Positions 57,216 through 64,000 of a stretch of DNA of 64,000 nucleotides are shown one piece after another. The number at the start of each line of letters is the position of its first letter. Within the stretch, counting starts at the first letter, position 1. The stretch lies in NCBI RefSeq assembly GCF_009914755.1, contig NC_060942.1, one strand, 5' to 3'. Source of the DNA: the human T2T-CHM13v2.0 reference genome, Homo sapiens. A program made the translations under genes and the position numbers. The notes beneath the pieces were generated by a model. The model saw only the letters and a program-made list of their open reading frames with translations. It was not told where the DNA came from and did not search any database.

Positions 57216-57538
<323 letters not shown>

Positions 57539-57590
57539 TACAGTTTCTTTAAAAATGAAAAAAAGTTATCCCATCTTTAAGAGTCTCTCT

Positions 57591-57922
<332 letters not shown>

Positions 57923-58796
57923 TAGGTAAATGAATCATGCATATTGACGTGTACGTCCTATGAAATGTTGTCCACCTTGGACAAGCTAAATCTTTGAGAT
58001 TGTGGGACCTAAAGGGAGTACCCAAGAGATGCACATATCATGGGCCTAGCAGGACAGTCAGCTCTTTGCAAACTGGTCCACGGTATCAGGCAGGAAAGGG
58101 TGTCCCTCACAGCTCTTGAGCCACCCCCAGCAGCTGGGATGGATGCTGACCCCTATGTAGATACTACCAGGTGTCCCACATGTTGCAGGGCATTTCTGAG
58201 CCTTTGTGGCATGGGGCTAGCCCGGCATGGGGCTGATTAAGTTACGGTTGAGGAGGTGAAGACCTCTAGAGAGACTGTCCTGGTCTGGGCCCTGTCCACT
58301 CTGTCAACAGCTCTCAGTAGCCACGCATTGTCATGACCCAAGGTGCAAGGCCTGTCTTGGGGTAGCTGCTCCTAGCAGCATCTGTGGGACAAATAACGTT
58401 TTCTTTTCCTGATACATGTGTACTGAAGAGAATTAGGAAATAGGGAAAGAAGGAAGAAAATAAAAATCACTGAAATTATCTATGATCTCACTGCTAGAGA
58501 TGATTAGTAGGTTAGTAGATTCCAGGTTTATTAATTAATTATAAAGTCATTTATGTACTTTTTAGGAAGCTTAGCATTCTTTCATGAATATTTTTCATGT
58601 GATTTAAATATTCTCCAAAAATCCTACTTCTAGATTGTATAATATTCTATTCTATGGTTATATTGTTATTTTTTTAAAACCAGTTTTAGGACATTGAGGC
58701 TGTTACCGGTTTTCTCTGTTATAAATATGATTGCATTGAACGTCTTTAAACTTTTTTTTTAGAAATTTATTACATAACTTGATAATTTAAAAAAAT

Positions 58797-58933
58797 GGAG
58801 ATGGGGTCTTGCTCTGTTGTCCAGGCTGGAGTGCAGTGGTGTGATCTCGGCTCATTGCAACCGCCATTTCTCAGGCTTGTGGCATCCTCTGCCCTCAGCC
58901 TCCTAAGTATCTGGGACTACAGATGCTGCCATG

Positions 58934-58974
<41 letters not shown>

Positions 58975-59092
58975 TAGAGACCGGGTTTCGCCATGTTGCC
59001 CAGGCTGGTCTCAAATTCCCGGGCTGAAGCAATCTTCCCGCCTTGGCCTCCCAGGGTGCTAGGATTACAGGCGTGAGCCCCTGTGCTTGGCC
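58797..59092 (-). mobile_element. AluJ with a 34-nt homopolymer in the central linker, within old L1M remnants
   Basis: Reverse Alu; T run 58940-58973. Confidence 0.88.
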
Positions 59093-59482
59093 TGAACATT
59101 TTTTAAAACATTGTTTGGGTAGATTCTTAAAAGGGAAATTGGGGGCTATAAGACTTTTAAGGGTCCTCCAAAAATATTGCCAGATGGGGCTTTCAGAATG
59201 GGAGAGGCAACTTAGATTCCCACAGAGAAGAGGGTGACTGCACCCTTGTCAATGCCGAATATTATTTAAAAAACGTTTGCAAATTTGGCAGTAAATGATA
59301 TGGGCACATGACGTTTAAATTTTCTTTCCTATCTTTTTATTTTGAAAATCTGACTTTGTGTCATCTGGCTTATCGATGAAAAGAGTTTTGCTGTTTGCTA
59401 GAATTTTGTTAAGGCCAAACATCATAATGTCAGTGGATGATCTCAGTAGGTGGGGTAAGACCTTTGTGCTTTTTAAAATTTG

Positions 59483-59531
59483 AATAAAATAAAATAAAAT
59501 AAAATAAAATAAAATAAAATAAAATAAAATA
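59483..59531 (+). repeat. (AAAAT)n pentanucleotide repeat
   Basis: Directly visible, about 9-10 units. Confidence 0.97.
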
Positions 59532-59822
59532 GAATTAAATTCTACTCAGGTAGGTTCAGGGCAATAAACATTCTAATAACATGTCTTTTAAACAAATTAT
59601 AGGATACGATGGGCATAGACTGCTCTTGGTCTTCCCCCAGCCTCCTCATCCTCCCTCTTTAGGGGTAGCCTTGAACTTGCAATGGAGAATGAGGGCCAGG
59701 AGGGGGTGGAGTCAGCACCTGGCTGTCTGGATAGCCCCACCATACCTTGTTCAGTCGCTTCTCTTCATTTCAAATGATCCCTATTGGACCTCACACTCTT
59801 TGCTAGTCTTGCCCCTAAGGAT

Positions 59823-59864
59823 GCAGACAGAAAATTCATGATGGGCAGACAGAAAATTCATGAT
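59823..59864 (+). repeat. Perfect 20-bp direct duplication (gcagacagaaaattcatgat x2, period 22)
   Basis: Directly visible. Confidence 0.95.
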
Positions 59865-60326
59865 CCTCCATACTCCATTCTTGTGTCGTCTGTGGAGGAC
59901 CTCCACATCCTCTGCAAATGTGCTAAAGTTTTCTGCTTTCCTCCAAGGCATCAGCCCTTCCAGAGTTGCAACAACTATGAACAGTGCCTGACCTCTTAAG
60001 CTGTTGCTCCTAAAGCTTGAGAGAGATGAAAAAATCACTTTACTAGGTGGTGATGAACTAATTAAAGACAGTCTTTCATTGAGGGGTTGGAAGCAGCTGG
60101 AATGGAGGGTGCTTACCGTGCTGGAGGGAGCAAGATGGCACCACTTTCTCTAGGGCTGGTCATGATCGGTGTGGTTTTGTTCACAGGCACCTGAGCACAT
60201 CAGGTGGGGAGACCCTCATGTACTGTGCAAGGTGCTCACCTGCTCTTTGGTGTGTGCTGGGGGTGCACTTCCACCTGGCATTGCCTGGTGGACAGTGAGT
60301 GGGTCCCACAGGACCTGGTGGGCCCA

Positions 60327-60701
60327 TGTATTAGTCCGTTCTCATGCTGCTATGAAGAAATACCCGAGACTGGGTAATTTATAAAGGAAAGAGGTTTAAT
60401 TGACTCACAGTTCCACGTGGCTGAGGAGGCCTTGGGACACTTACAGTCATGGCGGAAGTGGAAGCAAACATGTCCTACTTCACTTGGCAGCAAGAGAGTG
60501 AAGTGCAGAGTGAAGGAAGGAAAAGCCCTTTATAAAACCATCAGATCTCGTGAGAACTCACTATCATGAGAACAGCACGGGGGAACCACTCTCATGATCT
60601 ATTCCCTTCCCATGAGGTCCCTCCCCCAACACATGGGGATTACAATTTGGATTACAATTCAAGGTGAGATTTGAGTGGGGACACAGAGCCTGAACGTATC
60701 A
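60327..60701 (-). mobile_element. THE1 (C/D-like) MaLR solo LTR
   Basis: tgtattagtccgttctcatgctgct...ggggacacagagcc...atca; 5-bp near-TSD gccca/gcaca. Confidence 0.93.
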
Positions 60702-61401
60702 GCACAGTTCTGTGTTTTGTACCAAAGCTTTCAAGGAGGTGCCTAGGTGCGTGAGCCCAGGTACTGCAGGTGCAGACGGCAGAAGCTCAGCTGGTGATGC
60801 TGTGCCCCATCTCCCTGGGTTGAGACTGCAGACTGGGTCCTTCTCAGCTCTGCTTGGCCTGCCATCAGCACCACACTCTGTCCCAGGTGCACACCTGCCC
60901 TCACCTGTGGCAGTGCTGAGGCCTTGGAGATGGATTCCAAAAGGCTGGAGATGGTATGAGGCCTGCGGAGTGGAGATGGAGTGTGCTGAAGGCTGCTAAT
61001 GGGGTGGCAGTCCTCCAGTGGTCTGGCCGGTGGGGTCCCTCAGTGTCTTTTGGGGAGTACGCCTCTGCCACAGTCCTTGGCGGTTCTCCATTTTCCTCAG
61101 TGAGGTGGTGGCTCTGATGTCACTGTGAGGGTGCTTGCCATTGACCCAGAGGGCTTTGGGTGCCTGACAAATCCACCTTGTGTTTGTTACTGGCTGAGGT
61201 GTGCAGAGCTGACCGATTTCTGTCTGATTTGACCTTGCTGTTTGGCTTGCTCCTGCAACACAGTCCCTGCTTTCCTAGTGGGGACGGGAGGCCTTCTGGA
61301 TACAATGTGTGCAGGACTTGAGGAAATGTCGGCAGTTGGTTGGCTCGGTTGAACATTTGTTTTTCTGCTACTTTGGCTATGAAGATAAATCTTGACCCCT
61401 A

Positions 61402-61483
61402 GGCCAGGCACAAGGCTGGAGTTTGAGACCAGCCTGGGCAGCATAGTAAGACCCTATCTCTACAAAAAAAATGTTAAAAAATT
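61402..61483 (+). mobile_element. Alu left-monomer fragment with internal deletion
   Basis: ggccaggcac joined to aggctggagtttgagaccagcctgggc, then A-rich tail. Confidence 0.75.
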
Positions 61484-62069
61484 GTGCCCCTAAAACACTT
61501 AGCTTTCCTTCTATTGGGTTTGAATATGACATTCAAAATTGTTTACTTCTAAACTAGACGTCCTGGGATTTTGCATTTTTTCATCTGAAGAGTAATGTAA
61601 AAATAATAAATGTTGTGTATGTACAGTTACAACTAGCTATATGTAGTAAATTTAGTCCAGAAAAATCATGACATTTGTTTTCTGATAAAGTTGAACTTGG
61701 AATGAAGCGGAGCAGTTGTTATCTGATGGACTCTTGGTGCATTACCCTCTAATGTGAATCCTCATCCTTTGGTTGCTGTAACATTGTATGTTGGAGTTTT
61801 ATAGCTGGGGCACATTTATGTGTCTGAGGGAATGGCTTCTGTTCTGCCATCTGCATGGAGGAAGCTGTCCCCATTGGACCCACCGAGGAGGCAGCGTCCA
61901 GGCTGCAGCGCCAGCCTGTGTGTCAGCTGCCACGGGGTGACTGCATCATCCGTGGTGTCCTTGGGACGATTCGGGTAAAGGCCTCCTGAGGGCTTGCCAT
62001 GGGCAGTTGCTCAGTTATCCTTCTAGCTGTCCCTCCTGGGCCCCTGTGCTGCCGGGCCCCTTGAAGGCT

Positions 62070-62225
62070 GTGCAACCTGGGGAAGGTCACTGACTCTCTA
62101 GGTCTCAGTTCACCTCTGAAATAGCTGTTTGCCCACCTTGTAGGTTTTTGAGAGGATTAGATAAGATCATATGTATGCAGATCAGGTGGGACAGGCCAGC
62201 TACCACAGCGAGTGCTCAGTAAAAG
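62070..62225 (+). mobile_element. MIR
   Basis: ctgtgcaacctggggaagg...tctcagttcacctctgaaa...gaggattagataagat. Confidence 0.65.
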
Positions 62226-62735
62226 GCAGCTCGTGAGCCAAGTGTGTACTCGTGAGACATCTGCCCTGCACTGGCACAGTCAGAGACCCAGTTCCCGCCT
62301 TTTGGAGACATAGAGACCAAGGAGAAGATAGAATATGTGTGGTGGAAGCAATTAGCAAGTGAGAGTGGTTTTACAATCACGTCTTGAACTAAGCAGTTTT
62401 TCAAGAAAGGCTTTAGATGTGGAGGAGAGTGAGGCCCCCAGGCCCAGAGGTGGTGGCTCTGACGCTTCCTTCGCTCCCTCCCTTCCCTCTCCTTCTACTC
62501 TTTCCTCCTGTGTGCATTTTTATGGAGCACTCAGGACGTCCACGCACTAGGCATAGATAAAGACATGGCTTTGTCGCCAAACTGGTGGAAGACAGGTGTG
62601 CCCACGGTTGCCACACAGGGCTAACAACCATACCAGGGAGACAGAGGAAGATGTGAGTAGACCTGCTGTCTCCTGGCTTCCTGAGGGCTCAATGTACTTT
62701 GGTCAATCAAGGGAGACTTCATGGAGGAGGCCAAA

Positions 62736-63099
62736 TGCTGTTGTGTGAATGTTTGTGTGTCCCAGAAACTCCTCAATTGAAACATAACTCCACTGTGATA
62801 GTATTGATAGTATTGAGCGATGGGGCTTCTAGGAGGGGATTAGGTCACGAGGCTTCTCCCTCATGTGTGGGATTAGTGCCTTTATAACAGAGGCCGGAGG
62901 AGCTTGTTCACCCCTTCCACCACTCGAGGACTCACAGAAGGTGCCATCTATGAAGAATGGGCCCTCACCACACACCAGATCTGCCGGCACCTTGATCTTG
63001 GACGTCCCATCCACCAGAACTAGGAGCAACACATTTTTGCTGTTTCTAAATGACCCCATTGAAGGTATTTCGTTACAGCAGCACGGCTGGACTGAGACA
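62736..63099 (+). mobile_element. MLT1A0-like MaLR solo LTR
   Basis: tgaatgtttgtgtgtccc...gggattagtgccttta...tctgccggcaccttgatcttggac...ggactgagaca. Confidence 0.88.
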
Positions 63100-64000
63100 T
63101 AGACCTCGGGCTGAGACTTAGCAAAAGAACAGATTTTTTTTTAAGGTGAACAAACAGGGAAAGAGTATTCTAGTGGGTTGCAGCGAGAAAATATTAGAAC
63201 GCATATACTTATTTTTACTTCATTTTTCAAACTTTGTATATTATGTGTACAATGTACTATTACCATAGTATATGTATATAATTTATAATTTATAAATAAA
63301 TATACATGACCTGTGTGCTTAGACATTTTTGCTTGTAGGAGTATATGCTTCAGAAAATTGGGGGCCCACAGGCGGGCAGTGGGAACATATGTTAAGACAG
63401 GGGGAGGGCAGGGCGGGCCATGCATGGCTGCAGGTGGGGGAAGAGGTGGGAGGGTGTCTGCGAGTGTCATGGGTAGATGCTACTGCTTACAGTGCCTGAA
63501 ATTTCAAACTCAAACTCTAAATTACTTTTGTAGCTTTCAGTTGTTGTGAACTCAAAATCCACAGACCATATCTTGCTCCTTTGCCGCCCTGACTCTCCTA
63601 GGCTCCTCTTTCTGGTCCATGCTATCTGAACCCTCCAGGGCGAATCCTGACACAGGTCGGGGAGGGATTGAATACACCAGTTTGGTGATCAGAAATGTTG
63701 ATAGGACTGCTTTATTTGTGTGGAGAAATCTTCCTTAGGAGGGTGAGATTATTTATTCATGCTCGGCGCAGGGGGACCCTTTTAGGGCCCACATGCATTT
63801 ATAAGAATGGAGACTTGTAATCTGGTGAAGCTCATTCCTGATGTCCAGGGTGCTGCGGGGCTGCAGGGATGAGTGAAGGTTCTTTCCCTGCCTGCATGGA
63901 ATGCGCGCCACGGGCAGCATCGTCTTCGAGTTCAGAGGCGTATAGATGTCTATGGGTGAGGCAAAAGGCAGGTGGTATGGGAGGAAGCGGGAGGGAGAAG

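Noticed and set aside
63160-63370. Possible hAT-Charlie fragment
   Set aside because: Only vague similarity in AT-rich sequence; ends not identifiable.

Overview
Primate (human-like; AluY and L1PA present) genomic DNA, roughly half of it interspersed repeats. Bases 1-49,500 are gene-poor and dominated by decayed L1 (L1PB, L1PA, L1MA-ME), Alu, ERV1 and MaLR solo LTRs, Tigger/MER DNA transposons, MIR and L2. A strong CpG island (~49,840-51,760) contains a probable non-coding first exon ending at a perfect CAG|GTGAGT donor at 50,850. The rest of the window looks like the start of a long first intron, with a possible second first exon at ~52.5 kb. I cannot name the gene. No intact host protein-coding exon is supported: the ORF track consists of L1 fragments, Alu-derived frames or GC-rich noise. 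I found no evidence of a new biological system. The most unusual structure is an L1PA insertion (42,540-44,277) whose 30-nt inverted 5' cap matches the segment missing from the middle of its sense body. A second, conventional twin-primed L1 lies about 0.7 kb away. Repeat subfamily names come from recalled consensus sequences and need RepeatMasker/Dfam confirmation.
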